64,000 nt of DNA from Lingula anatina (Eukaryota; Animalia; Brachiopoda): positions 70,286,788-70,350,787 of the forward strand of contig CM120640.1 of assembly GCA_051362555.1 (NCBI GenBank). Direction: 5' to 3'. Both the position numbers and the translations under genes were made by a program. Under the pieces are notes generated by a model. That model ran no database searches. It was not told the origin of the DNA and saw nothing but the letters and a program-made list of their open reading frames with translations. Shown in pieces: positions 38,701-51,800 of the stretch. Position 1 is the first letter of the stretch. Every line of letters starts with the position of its first letter.

Positions 38701-40487
38701 TAAACAATAATAGTAATTAAGCAATCATAATATAATGTAGCAGCAGTGGGTCCAAGTGAGTGCCATACCCAACCCACACATCAATTTTCTTTACTTATCT
38801 TTACCAACAATTTGTTAAAATAATTAAGCAATGACAAAAAAATGCTTTATGTACCCAAAGTAAATTTCAGCCATATGCTTAAAATATCCTACTGTGGCTA
38901 CAGACAAGGTAAGAAATTTCTGATAAGAAATTTTGATAAGAAAAGTATCCATGAGCATGCCAAGTTACCAGTTTGCCCTTTTCACCACACCCTTACTCTC
39001 CTTAGCAAAACCCTGGTTCCACCAGTGATGAGAAGTTTTTTTTTTTAAATATTATGTGCACCTGTATCTCCCAATGAAGCATTTCAAGTTTATTTTAAAA
39101 TGGTGTAACATTTCTAGTGCTGAAATTTCAACCACAGCTAGGGACAAACATCGGTAGTGCTCAACTGTATCAAATGCACTAAGGTCTTTTGAAAATGTAA
39201 GGCGTGAGAAAATGAGGGTAGCAAGAGAGCATAGGTTCACAATATTACCCATGCTTGTTGGTCCCAATATAGGCTCACAATGCCAGATACACCAAAGGCA
39301 TTACAAATTGGGAATTTGACTTTTTCGCCATATGAGTTCTCATAAACACCAGCAGCTCAGTCTTCCTCAAATTGGGGGACAACCATTACCTGCCAATATC
39401 ACAAACAAGTTGACTTAGTACTGATGGGTCATCATGAATGCCCTACCATTTCCATTGAGAAAGAAAGTCACTTCTTCGCCTTCGGTGAAGTTGAGGTCCA
39501 GGGACTGCTGGTAGGTGTGTTTGTGATCTAAAGTACACAACAGGAACTCTGCCTTTTCATGCTGAATCATCACTGACACTTTGGGATTTTTGTCTCCTGG
39601 AAATAGATCAGTTATTGGTCTGAAAAGTAATGCAATTTTTTCTTCCATGAGAAGATATCTTAAAAGTGAAATGGTCCACAAATTATCTTAACTTTTGTCT
39701 TACTGATTTCACTGAAGTAATCTCCACATAATGGTAAGAATAACAAAATGCTAAATGCTAAGCATTTGACATACCCAGTGTATTTAGTACAAGATGTTTA
39801 AACTGTTTAGGAAGTATAAACTCTAATAAAACTAGAATCTAGACAATAACGACATTGACAAAAATAACGACATTAACAAAAATAAAGACATTAACAAAAA
39901 AAGTTCTGATACATGTTCATACCTTGTGTTATTATTTCTGCAGTAGAAGCAGGTTCTAAAGCTGCCATGGATATGTGAAAGGAATGTTCCACCGTCTGGG
40001 AGTAGCATTTACCTCCGTCTAATATAACACCTGGATTTAAATATTAACAATAAGTAATTATATAAAATATGGCAATGAAAGGCTTCATGCTAGTTCTACG
40101 GCAGTGTATTTGATATTGATAACTAAGGTTAAAACTTAATGAAAATTTATTTCTTATGGTAATTCTTGTCACCCTTTAGTATATGAGCTGCTGTAAGCCT
40201 CATAACTGTTGTGTTCAGAATCACAACATCTCCTCACTAGTTTACTTTCAAGCTGTAACACAAACCTGGGTCATGCCACTGAAATGTAGTGCGTAGTAGT
40301 AATAGCACTGGTAGTAGTAGCTAGTACATGTACACTGTGTGAGGCCGTACGGTGCAGAAGCCAGAACGGGTATAAATTATTTGAGGCCGGCTATGAAATA
40401 ATGAATACACATCCACACATAAGTCAGCAAACCACCTTATACTTGAAACAACCAATACAAATACAAACACGTCTTACCCCAAAACAT
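34235..40487 (-). CDS. FKBP46: Nucleoplasmin-domain FK506-binding nuclear protein (FKBP39/FKBP46/Fpr3-Fpr4 type histone chaperone and PPIase), about 454 aa, 12 exons
   Basis: Exons (minus): 40478-40487, 39923-40030, 39447-39596, 38545-38655, 37788-37877, 36994-37172, 36226-36283, 35375-35682, 35075-35170, 34707-34833, 34485-34533, 34235-34313; phases consistent, 1365 nt. NPL domain [40 protein letters not shown]; acidic and Lys-rich tracts; FKBP domain VYYKG.L.NGKQFD..F.FRLGKG.VIKGWD.GV.GM.VGGKR.L.VPP..GYG..IPPNSTL.FEVEL. Confidence 0.95.
35738..35784. repeat. (CA)n microsatellite
   Basis: Seen directly. Confidence 0.95.
37523..37773. mobile_element. Non-autonomous EnSpm/CMC-like element, 2-bp TSD
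   Basis: AT|cccctgtgaaaattttgt ... acaaaaattttcacagggg|AT; internal gttct/agaac sub-repeats; ends 14 nt from an FKBP splice donor. Confidence 0.7.
38085..38397. mobile_element. Palindromic MITE family I copy 2
   Basis: gggagcattcacattgagaagagcc / ggcttttctcgatgtgaattctccc; arms caacctaaatatggcagacctacatgaaagggaaaccgcttaatcc are near-perfectly inverted. Confidence 0.85.
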
Positions 40488-41253
40488 GTTTTTATGTTCT
40501 CGGAGGACGACCATTTGTGAATTGAATGGAAAGGCGATCCTCACATGGCCCTGCTATCGTAAGTGGGTTCGTACACTTCGCAGGTCGTGATGTGGTAATG
40601 CAGCAGCGCGCGTTAATACAAAACTTAGATAAAATTTTGTTTGAGCTCAGCTGTCTTTTGTGTGCTAATAAGGCCTACTATCTTGTACACTGCATGTACA
40701 CTGATGTAGTAAAAATCTAGAATATCTAACTTTTGGCAGTATGTACATGTGGTAGGCCCTACTTAGTACAATGTTTGAATAAAAAAAAATGTTTCGCTTA
40801 TAAAAAGAGGCGGGGGCGGGGGAGGGGAACAAGTGGTGACTTTGGTGACAAAATTAAACCTGACATGGAAATACTGGGAATGCAAACGACGAGAGAGAGA
40901 GCGCACATTTTTGAATGGCTCTAGGTCCATTTCTGGCAAAAGAACTCTAGAATTATCGTTTACTATTAAAGAAACTGGTCAATTGATTCTAAACAAATCT
41001 AAATAATGTTTGAATGGTTTGGATCATCAAACGCTCAATCAAAATCATATATTTTCCAAAAACTCCCGGGTCTACTCTATGTGTGATAAGTCTAGAATGT
41101 AAGGAGAATGCCCCAGTGCTTGTCCAAATGCGTTTTCCAGATGATTCACCATTTTTCTTGTCATTTTATTTTCATTTATTTATTACCCTTTTATTTTTCT
41201 TCACAATTAATTTAGTCAAGGCATTTAAAACATAACATATAAGTAGCATATTG

Positions 41254-41475
41254 CAGGGGCAAAGCCAGGATTTTTTTGAAGGGCGGGGGGGGGGGGGGAG
41301 TGGATTTTATTTGGAATGGCAGGCCTCGGATAAGAAGCCGACCCTCGGCCCCTTGTAGTGTTTTAGAGGGCAAACGGCGCCATTTGGTACGGTTTAGAAC
41401 TATGAATCAGCTAATCAAAATTATAATTTCAAGGGAAGAAATTTAGTGTGATCTTTTCTTCAGAACCCCCCCCAA
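41254..41475. mobile_element. MITE family K, partial copy
   Basis: caggggcaaagccaggattttt...ggcctcggat..aagcc..acggtttaga.ctatga..agcta.tcaaa matches 16137-16413. Confidence 0.7.
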
Positions 41476-44400
41476 ATCGTGTGAGGTGGCGTTATGGCGG
41501 AAAAGCTAATGAATCAATTCAAGTTTGGTCGCTTTTATAGATAAGTCTGCCCGGAACGTTCTTAGTGAGATGACTCCATATTATGCTTCTACTTTCATTT
41601 TGTTTTACACTGAGATTACTGAGAGATTATTGAGATTACTGACTGTGAGATTACACTGATTTTGACTTCACCTGTTACGTTATAGACCACGATGAGAACC
41701 AAAGCGGTTCATACCTTAGCGGTTTAAGTTTTGAGTAGTCTTTGCCATTTGAAATGTTGACTGTGGGGTAGATGGCAAAGGAAAGAGAACTATGACCATC
41801 CCCGCCTTAGCATCATTTTAAAGGGTTTGCTTCATGCCGTCAGAATGGCCTGAACGGAACATATTCTTCAGAAAACATGCCCAACTAACGATATCTTTAT
41901 CCAAATACACAAATTAAAAGCTCATTTTGTAAATTTTTGGCTTTAAAAAAGGTCCTATTTGCTCGGCCTGGGAGTTAATGAGCTACGTGGTCACGTGGTC
42001 CAATGACGACAATCGAGCCACTGGAGAACAGAGCGTGCTTAGCTGTCAAACTGAGCTGCATTGTCTACCTGTAAGATGACTTCTCTGGCTTCTGATAAAA
42101 GTTTATACTCATTCAAATCTCTTATCCGAGGGGTCTAAATCCTCGTGAAGCTGTGTAAAACCATTTCCCGTCTAGTCATTTCTTTAACAAGCATTTCATT
42201 ATGATTATCCCAAGTTGTATAAAACACTGCATTTGAATGAGTTAAGGGAAATGTTGATTATTGCATACGAGGTCCATGTTATTTGTGAAATTCAATTTAT
42301 TTTATTAAACCGCTGACACTCCGTCTTGCATACTTTTATTAAACTGAGGTAAACAATGCCCGTTACCTTTACAAGTCCTATCTTAATCATCCATCTACCT
42401 GGAACTTCCTTTACCTCTTAATTAGAGGGTTAAATGGCATTCAATTTGTCTTGCTTGTATCGAACGCACTCTCTATCTAAGCTTTACTCCAGTTATCTCA
42501 GGTAAAAATCTACCTGTGCGTTAGTTACAAAGCGCAGCTCCCGTAGACCTGGGGGTACTAGATAAAATCTGAACACCAGGTTTATCGAGGAGCTAGATAA
42601 AGAAAGGAAGAATTTTTCCTGCACAACTTCATAGGAATGTTAACACGGACTTGATTCAGCTTAGACCTCCAAACTAACAGGGTGACATGGGCAATTTTCA
42701 CAAACAAATCATAAAACTATATTTCAGTTAACCGCCTTTAAAATAAATATACCGTTCTGGGTAAATTAAAATAGTTATTAAATCGCAAGAATATTTTTGA
42801 CTTAAATGATGATTTTATTATTTATGGAAATTAAGCTACTATATGAGGTACATTTGCTGTGATTACGCTGTCCTTCATGTTTTGCGTAAGTCTACATTTT
42901 GCTGTATGTGCTTGTAATCTTTTTAAATATGTGCGTACACTTTTTGCAGGTCTGGTTACCCCCCTGTTATGTGATGAGAGTATTAATTTGGCAATTAGTT
43001 CCTTAGCTTATTTGAATAGAATTGCAGTGTAAAATTTTCAACAAGATGTTGGCGAAATAGCCCATTACTCTTTGTAGGTATTTCCCCCGTCAAAGTTTGT
43101 CTAAAATTATCTTTCAATCTTTACTCTTTCAAAGACAGTATAAAGTTACCTGACATATTTTCGTGTAAACTTAATGACAAGCCAAGTGTCTCCAGTTCAT
43201 TCCGTACTCAATTTTACCCAAGCAAATTTTTTTCTTGAGTAGATCTTTATAGCACGTTGTTATAAGCTTACAAATTTGCAAAAAAAAAAATTGCGTACTG
43301 ACGCAGAATTTGCGTTTCAAGTTATAAAATAATCAATCTTTTAAATTCTTTAATATTTCAGATGAAATAATCTTCAGAAACAAATCCTCAAAGCATAAGC
43401 GAATTAGGATAACGAACCATTTTATTATAGCAGTTCCCATTTTTTCTTTAATAAAACGCTCTTTTTCCTGTTTTTCCTCAACACGTTTTCTTCCACGGAA
43501 GCTTCAAGATACCCTGAGAGCAATTTCTTTTATTAATGTTCGCGACCGTGTTTGAACTTAATTGTTTAAGTATTGATATTTAACGTCATTTACAAATACC
43601 AATAAAATAACCCCATGAAATAAATGAGATATATTGAAAAATATGAAAGCCCACCAAGACGAGTTTCATACCTGTTATTACCTGGCTTGGGAATTGCAGC
43701 GGTGCATATTAACAGGTTTGTTGTAAACGAGCTTTTGGTCAACTACAATGCATTTAAAATGCATCAGCAATCAGTAAGTTTGCCAACTGATGACAGTTAA
43801 TCTGAAAGACTACCAGCTCTTGATATGATCTAAACCACCTGAGGTGACCATGATCTAGAGCATCGCAACTATTGTCACCGAAGTTAGTAAGTAAGTCACG
43901 GAAGACCGTCACAGACAAAGAAAGATTGTCAACGAGAGCTGCAATTTTGGTGAATCCCACGGCAACACACCGAGGCATAACGAAAATTCCTCAACTCTGT
44001 TCAACACAACTTTCCTTAACTTCTCCGTCTGTATGCACTTGCAGCTCAGTTGAGTCTCATAGACCTTTATCGTGATTGTCGTCACAGTACCACGTGACCC
44101 AGATCTGTTGCTTCATTTTTGCATATTGAGGTGAGGTTTACTAAAACGCTTTTTTTCTACTAATAGATTGTTTTTATAATTTTTAAATGGCGGGGATCGA
44201 TTAAAACATACCTCTAGTGTATAGATTGAGTGCTGTATCTTCAAAATTCGAGAAATGGATTTTTACATGAACATTGTCCTTTAAAGACTTTAAAGTGAAG
44301 AGAAAGGGAGACATTAAGATAATGACCAGCAACAAGTTGTTGTCAAATCGATTAGATCACTTATTCTAAACCAAGTATCATTTAACCAAGTATCATTTAA

Positions 44401-44779
44401 AAGACTTTTAAAGTAGTGAAATGAAATATAATTGACGACGCAGACTTAATGATAATGACAAGCAATAATTTGTGGTCAAAATAGATCATTAATTATAAGC
44501 TATAACGGTTTTTTATGCAAAAGATAACTTGCTCGGACACACGAGAGTCTACATTCGTTTTCGATTGCCTGCTCGTTGTTGTGGTGAACTGACATGCGTC
44601 ATCTGGGTTTTGAGCTCGTTACTTGCCGTTACCATGGTTTGCTGAGTTTATGCAACCAAGCACGCTACCGAGTGCGCCGTGTCTTAACCGCCCAACCTCC
44701 ATACGTACGAGTTTCCTCTTATAGTAATCAAACGCAATTTTTAGAAATTATTTCGAGAAAAAAAATTAACTTGACAATC

Positions 44780-44850
44780 ATGAGATTCGAACCCGCCTGT
44801 AAGTGTCTAATTGTGTCCAAGGTGGCAGAGCTACCACGGAGCCACAGAAG
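44780..44850 (-). repeat. tRNA-like A/B-box segment (possible SINE head)
   Basis: Minus strand tggctccgtgg (A-box-like) and ggttcgaatc (B-box); no convincing cloverleaf. Confidence 0.35.
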
Positions 44851-45059
44851 CTTCGTTGATAGAATGTGGATCAAATGGAGACTTTTTACTTTCTCAAAGA
44901 GAGGGCCAGTTTCACCAGCTTTTATTATGATTTAACCCAAAAATGAACTATATAAAAATGTTGCTAAAACCAAAAATGAAATGTATAAATGTCAATATCA
45001 TAACCTAAACGTTACCTAAACGGACCAAAAAATTTGGCACTGTCACCCTACTAAAATAT

Positions 45060-45945
45060 GAAATACGTAGATAAACGCAGTGGGTTCGTTGTTATTACGC
45101 CGTATACGATTAGCATACGCATGCAAACTTTGGTGTACGCTTACTTACACAGAAGGAGTACGATTCGGAGTATGTTCAGAAATGTTCAGCGTTTGAAATA
45201 CCAATACGTTACTCCTTCGTTAGGGATACCCTGAACATGCAACGAATATGCTAGACTGACGCTAAGTATATGGAACGCAACACTGACGATCAATTAGCGT
45301 ATGGGACCTGTTTCTAATAATGATATGTCAACGTATGTCTGCCTTATATTTACATATCCTTTGCGTATATATACCTATGCTGAGTGCATTTTTCCGTTTA
45401 CCTGACGCATGATGAACGCATGACAAACGCATTGTTATTTGTGGTAAAAAAGAGTGCACACTTTCATCACATCCGCGATGGAGAGGATATTTCCAGTACC
45501 ACTACCAGTTGGATTTGATTCAGTTTGGACTCCATAACTTCCAACACACAGAAGCACGCTACCCATACGTTACTCATACCCTGATAAACATTAAGCATAC
45601 ACTTATATACGGTGCTCAAACGCTCATATATGCTTAAGAAACGCTTGTATGTACACTTATCAAAAGTTATGCATGTTACTTATACGCTGATATACGGTGC
45701 TCATACGTTACGCATACGTTGATATTAGGTGCATATACGTTACACTTACGACGGATCACCTTTATTTCTTATACGGTATACAAACGCACGTTATACGGTG
45801 TAAATATGCTTCCAGTACGCTATTTCTACGCTGCTGAAACGTTAATTCTCATACGCTGGAAAAAGGTTGTCTTCTTGTTGTGCGTGTAAACGATTCTCCA
45901 TACGATACTCATACGTATCTCTTTTACGCTAGATGTGACCGGGCC
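45060..45945. mobile_element. Degenerate Harbinger-like element rich in atacg(c/t) sub-repeats
   Basis: Dozens of atacgc/atacgt/gcgtat words, CpG-rich relative to flanks; right end ctagatgtgaccgggcc|TTA; left end not found. Confidence 0.5.
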
Positions 45946-48892
45946 TTAATACTATTGACATTACCTAGTTACTTGTAATTATTTAACCTTAATATACAAT
46001 TCGGTCGAGTCCAATTTGGCATCAAGTTATTGTACGAGATATTTGTTTATAAATTGGGAAAAATACTTACGACAACAGTAAACACCTGCCCAAAGTTGGC
46101 ACCACCCATAATCTATTAGTAGCCTACTTCTACAAAGATGAGTACAAACAAATACAAATCAGTGGAAGGAATTGATATACAGTGTAATACGAATACAGTT
46201 TGTGTCACGTAATATGGAAGTAGGGTATCAGTATTTCCGAGAGAGGCCTATCGTATGTGCCTGTCTAAATGAGGACCAAAGTCTTCCAATTATTGTCTTC
46301 AAAATATTTGAAAATGAAGAACGATTCCCTCTCATTGCGGATATCTAATTTAGAAATCGAGCTTTCCATATGTCTCAACTATCGCTTGAACACAAGCCAG
46401 CGAGTTGGCAGGTGTAACAGCTTGCATTGTTCTTACCAACAATAAGGGGAGCTCCGAAAGGAGAAAACTTGATCGCGCTGTTTATTTTAAAATTCGACAA
46501 TATCTACTTTTATCGCGTCGGACATAATACACCGGCACTTCAACAAACCCCGAGCGGCAGGTAATATTTCCGTTCACCAGGTACTGCGCGGCGCTAGCCA
46601 GATGTTTGTATGATATTCTCTGCGACACGCGCCTCCCTAACATAATCAATACCTCGTCAAAACCAGCATCTATCTGAGGCTGAGTCACATCTCAGCTCTG
46701 TGTTCACATTTACGGAATACTGACACATATGCTGGTCAATAGGAAATATAGAATATAAGAGAGCTGGAAGTTGTATATTGTAACAGCACCAGCAAGGTAC
46801 ATCCATATATGTCATCGTTAAATGGAAGATGGAATATTAAGCGATGCGTGGAAGGAAAGCGTACAAACCATCGAAAGCAGAGAAGGCCCAATCATTTCCA
46901 GTGAACGACAAGCCAGGGATAAGTAAGGTAATAAAAACAATTAAACGTAAGCCTTTTTACATGGTTCTGAATATATTGAACCTCGTCGTAAATAATTAAT
47001 TCGTATTAAAAAAGGACCAAGTGAGATCATATGTTCCATGTTGTAACTTTGTTTGTATAACAAGTTCGTAGACTGTTTTAGGGGACTTGTACTTTACTCA
47101 AGGCTTGCCTTCACTTCACAGACGTCGCTTGACATTTATACTTTCCAAGTAATGTATGAAAATGGCATATAATTTACATGTCAAAAGTCTACACATATTG
47201 TTATGGCTATATGTCAGCTGCTCGTTTCCTTATTCCCATTGCTGTTGCTCTTCTTATTATTCATAACAACGACTGGTTTGAGAGCCTCGCCAAAGGCGCG
47301 GTGTGCTACGTGATTACTGTTATTGCCTCAATTAGTATTAAAACTGACATCTCCTGGGAGCTATATCTGTATAGTGCTGCCAATGTTAACCTCGGCACAA
47401 GATATGAACAAGTAAAATAATTTTGCCGTGTCGTGATAGCGTCCTGAATATCAAATAAATCGTATTCATTGTTTCAGTTTCTGTCATTATTTTAATAATT
47501 GAAAAGGCTGCTATGGCGAACCTGTCAATAATGAATAGAACCGATGAATTTACAGTTCAGGTACTCAATCAGAGCAAAATCTAAAAAATCAGGCATGTCA
47601 TTAATGAAGTTACATTGCTAAGGGAAATAACGCTTATGCCACAGCTGATTCCAGTGTAATGTTTCAGAAAATGTAGATTTCTGGACTCGTGGCATATTTG
47701 TTTTTATATTTGGGATTTTAATGAATAGATCCGTTCCTGAATGCTGCAATCTGCAGATGAAAAAGCCACGAGAATTATTGTCGCTACAAATCGCTTGGGA
47801 AAACTAACATAGCCAGGTTTTCATTAGTTTCCCGTTGTAATTAAACCTTCGCTGCCTTATTGAAGATAACTCCACTGAATGCTCATAAATCAACGCCGCC
47901 TGCATGTGTAGAATACGCCTTCTCAGGTGGATGCCGTTTGATAATTATAACGGTTATTTATTTCATATAAAGCGTATCAGGGAGGTCGACGGGGTATTTT
48001 CTAGGAAGTGCTATTTTCAGCAAGGGTTAATCTCTGTAGCCTTTGATGTTGCCGCACTAAGGGGCAGTTGGTGACCACCACATGACAGCAGGCATGGCCA
48101 GCCTGCTCTCTGTCAGCTTAGTATGAGCAAAAAGACTGAACGTTTCTACTTTTACATATCAAATTAGATCACTAGTATATGAATTGGTAAACTTAGTAAG
48201 AAAATCAGTCCAATCATTTAATTAACAAAGATCAACAATAGTTTCCTTTGCTCATTTTGGCTTTGACATCGGCTACCATATACCGCACACCCGGCCCACT
48301 CTGTTCCAGAAGACTGATGTCTTGTTTGCAGACCTTACATCTCCTTAATGATATGAATTAAGAACCCAATACCAAAGTTAGGGTCAAAAATTCACATTTT
48401 CGTGGTCGTTACATATATCTTCATTTTACATATTATTATATATCATTCAAATATTTAAACTGGGCAGTCTAGTTGCTTTGACTCGGCTTAAGCCTAAACG
48501 TCCAAGTCCCTTATCTAATTAGTTCTCCTTACGTCCAACTCGTGTTAAACTAAAATCTCATCAAATAAACAGAGTCGGTATTATATCACGTGATAAGGTG
48601 TAGATGATATTCCTGTTATGTAGGGTCAGCTTAGCATGCCTTCGATACCTTGAATTAAGTCACACATGGGACCACACATGTTAGCTAAGCTGTCAGATCA
48701 TGTTGGTTTTCCTTATCAACCTACATATGAAAACGGGGCGCGTTCCACATCAGTATACCTGTTCTCTCCTCTGCAAACAATATGCTATCTCAAAACATTA
48801 AACTCAGAAGAATGTTGTCGCTGGTTTTCTTTGTCAACTCAGTTTGGTATTGTCAGGTTGTTTTTCAACGCTATGAAGCGTACACAATCTAG

Positions 48893-51800
48893 ATGGTGAG
48901 TACAGCTCCTCTCCTTTTGAACTAGCTATTTCCTTGAGTCACAATACTATCGGTCGTTTTGTCATTCATTTCTCCATTTCTCTTTCCAGACAGCGTCTTT
49001 CAATGGAGGTGGGGCGTTGGCACGCGATGGTTTCGTCAGGGTCAACCCAGCGTTCGTTGAGGATGAAGAGGATGAAGCAAAACGACCGGACCAGTCTGAC
49101 ATCACGGTACAGATGTCACTCCAAGATGATTTCTCAGAAACAGAACAAGATGAGGAGATTAAGACTCAAACGGTACTTGCCAATGGCGATGCCAACGCGG
49201 TAGGTCTTGGCGTAAAGCCAGCAGATGGACCTATAGTTATTGCAAGTAATGACCATAATTTTACGTCGGAAAAGGGACCGAATAAAAAAGAGAAGACAGA
49301 AGAGACTGATCACACATTCAGTGATAGCAATTGGTCCCTAGAGAACGTCATTGTAAATAAATCCCCGTCGCATGGAATATACCGCAAGAGGGATTCCAGC
49401 GTATCCGAGTATCTTCGCTCCTCCTCCTATTTGTCTGGAGAATCTCAGAATTCTCTGGACAGGAAATCAGTCTCCTTCACTCGCGGTACACTGGACAATG
49501 AACATGGCGTCAACAACCAATCACAGTTGAACATGCAAGTTAAGATGCAAATTGATTTAAAAGATATTTATGGAAAGAGAATTTCTTGTAGCGAAGGAGT
49601 TAAGGTAAATCCTATTTTTGTGGATGATGACGAACTTGAGAAGTTGGAAGGGTATATGGTCAACCATTCTAACGGTATCAATGGAAAAAGAGGAAGTTGG
49701 AGTCCCGAGGTTCAACGTGATGCAGACGAATCAGTCAGCAATGGCGCAGTTCAGGTAAATTGTCGCGCCATATCTGATTTAAATTCACTTTTGAATCTTT
49801 AGTCGGTATAAACATAGAATGACTGAAATGATCATTTTTTTTTCAAATCCATTTTATTACTTTTGCTTTGATTTCACGTTGACATTTACTTATTCAGATA
49901 ATTCTATTTGATGCAGATTATGAAAAGAAAATCACTGTTTGTTCAGTCAAGATTTAATGTCCACTCTCAACTGTTAGTTTCAGCTACGCCTTACCTTTCA
50001 GCATACTAAAATAATAATAAAAATAGTATAAAACCCCAGGTACTATAAGTGTGTTTAACTGAGCAGGCGCAAATCTCCGAACTTCAAATACGTGCACCAT
50101 GGTAAAACACGTAAAGGGTACTCTATATGGGGTTGCCTGCCAAAATTATAAATATAAATTATATTTTTCCTTGGGTGAAAAATGCAATTTCTCCTACTCA
50201 CAAGTCATTGCTCGACCCGTCCTTGCTCTTAGATTCGAAGTTTTATTCCATTTTAATCTAATAACTTAGTTCTAAGTAACTGGCCAGTCATTTAGAGCGT
50301 TTAGAACGCCATGTCCTCCTGTACATTTCAGGAGGAACTATCCACGCCAGGTACTTTTTTATTGGAGGGGTTTTATAGTTTTATAGTCTGAATTGGGAAT
50401 TATAAGTAGACGACATACATATGTAGAGAATTTTCAAACGCGCACAGAGTACCTTAAGCTATGAAGGGCCCACCCCAACCCATGGAGGTCCAGATTTCAG
50501 GGATATTAAAGAGAAATACCTTTACTCATGGTACCGGGAACTACATGCCAGCGACATGTTCTTTTCACGAAAGCGTTCAAATGATCACGATGTACCGTTT
50601 AGCAGGGCCACAGATTGATTTTTCATTTGATGTTCACAGATATTTCCCTGGCTATTTCTGTGAAATTTTCTGTCCAGAGAGAGTCATTGCACGTAATTGA
50701 CGTCATCACGTAGCTGACATCTGGTAGAAAGTATTATTATAGGGGTAATTTTGTAAACGTTGTAAACTGCCTTCTTCTACGATTCGGCGTAATTACCTGT
50801 TACCAGGCTTATTCTAGGGAGAAACCATATTGTTTGGTTCTGATATGAATTTTTTTCAAGAAAATTGTGACTCAGTAAATTGTACTTGTTCTAGTTGTTA
50901 CACAACTGAACAGTATCTTTCTACTTTATCTTTTCCACTTAAATGCCCACGGTACTAGTTTTCAAAGCCATTTATTTATATATTTCTTGTGAGGTTTCAG
51001 AGTTAGCTATTTTGTTTTTGGGAGAGAGTCTTTATATAACTATGAATAACACGTCTAATTAAATAATTAAATTATGTTACAAACAAAATTATACAATGCG
51101 ATATCGGATACGGGCACTTTTAATGGCTGGAGATTAATAAAAAATATGCAAAAAGTAATTTGGGGCTAGGACCCACCAAACAAGTTTGGTTGTTTGGTGA
51201 GTCCTAGATTATAATAAGTGTCTTGAATTAGTGACATTAAGCTTTGAAGTAAAAAAAATCGAAAACCCAGCTGAAAACCGCCCCTCGGCATATTCCATAC
51301 CAACAAACATCTTGCATCCAAACATCTCTATGTAAAAGTAGTATAAAATTGGACAATAGATACCCTTTTCTTTGCTGCTATTTGTGCTAATTATATTAGT
51401 GTCCAGACTGGGAACGGGTACCTTGAGCATCTCTAATTGCTGGGGTTTGGTGCACGCCCTTTAGCCCCGCCTTACATATCATATCACATGATATCAGCAA
51501 CTTGATGATACAGTCATGTGTAACACACAGTTATCTTAGAACTTCGCCCTGCATACCGCTTTCTTCTGTGTTAACAATCCATCACTGATCCTATCACCAC
51601 AGGCATGACCAGAATTTTGTTAGGGAAGGGGTGCAGGGGATACGGGGAGGGGGGGGGGGGAAATGGATTTTAAAAAGTTGCCGAACGAAGTGAGATATAT
51701 AAAACAGTAGACTTTAACTATAATGTGTAAGGCACAGTGATGGCATTTTTTCCGTTTTGTGTCCCTTCGCGAGCAGGTACTTCTTAAGCTCCGGGAGGGG

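Noticed and set aside
44780-44850. Functional tRNA gene
   Set aside because: A/B-box-like words are present, but acceptor and anticodon stems could not be formed.
48934-49203. 89-aa ORF overlapping the orphan gene's large exon
   Set aside because: Alternative frame that stops early; the 255-codon frame joins the TM exon in phase.
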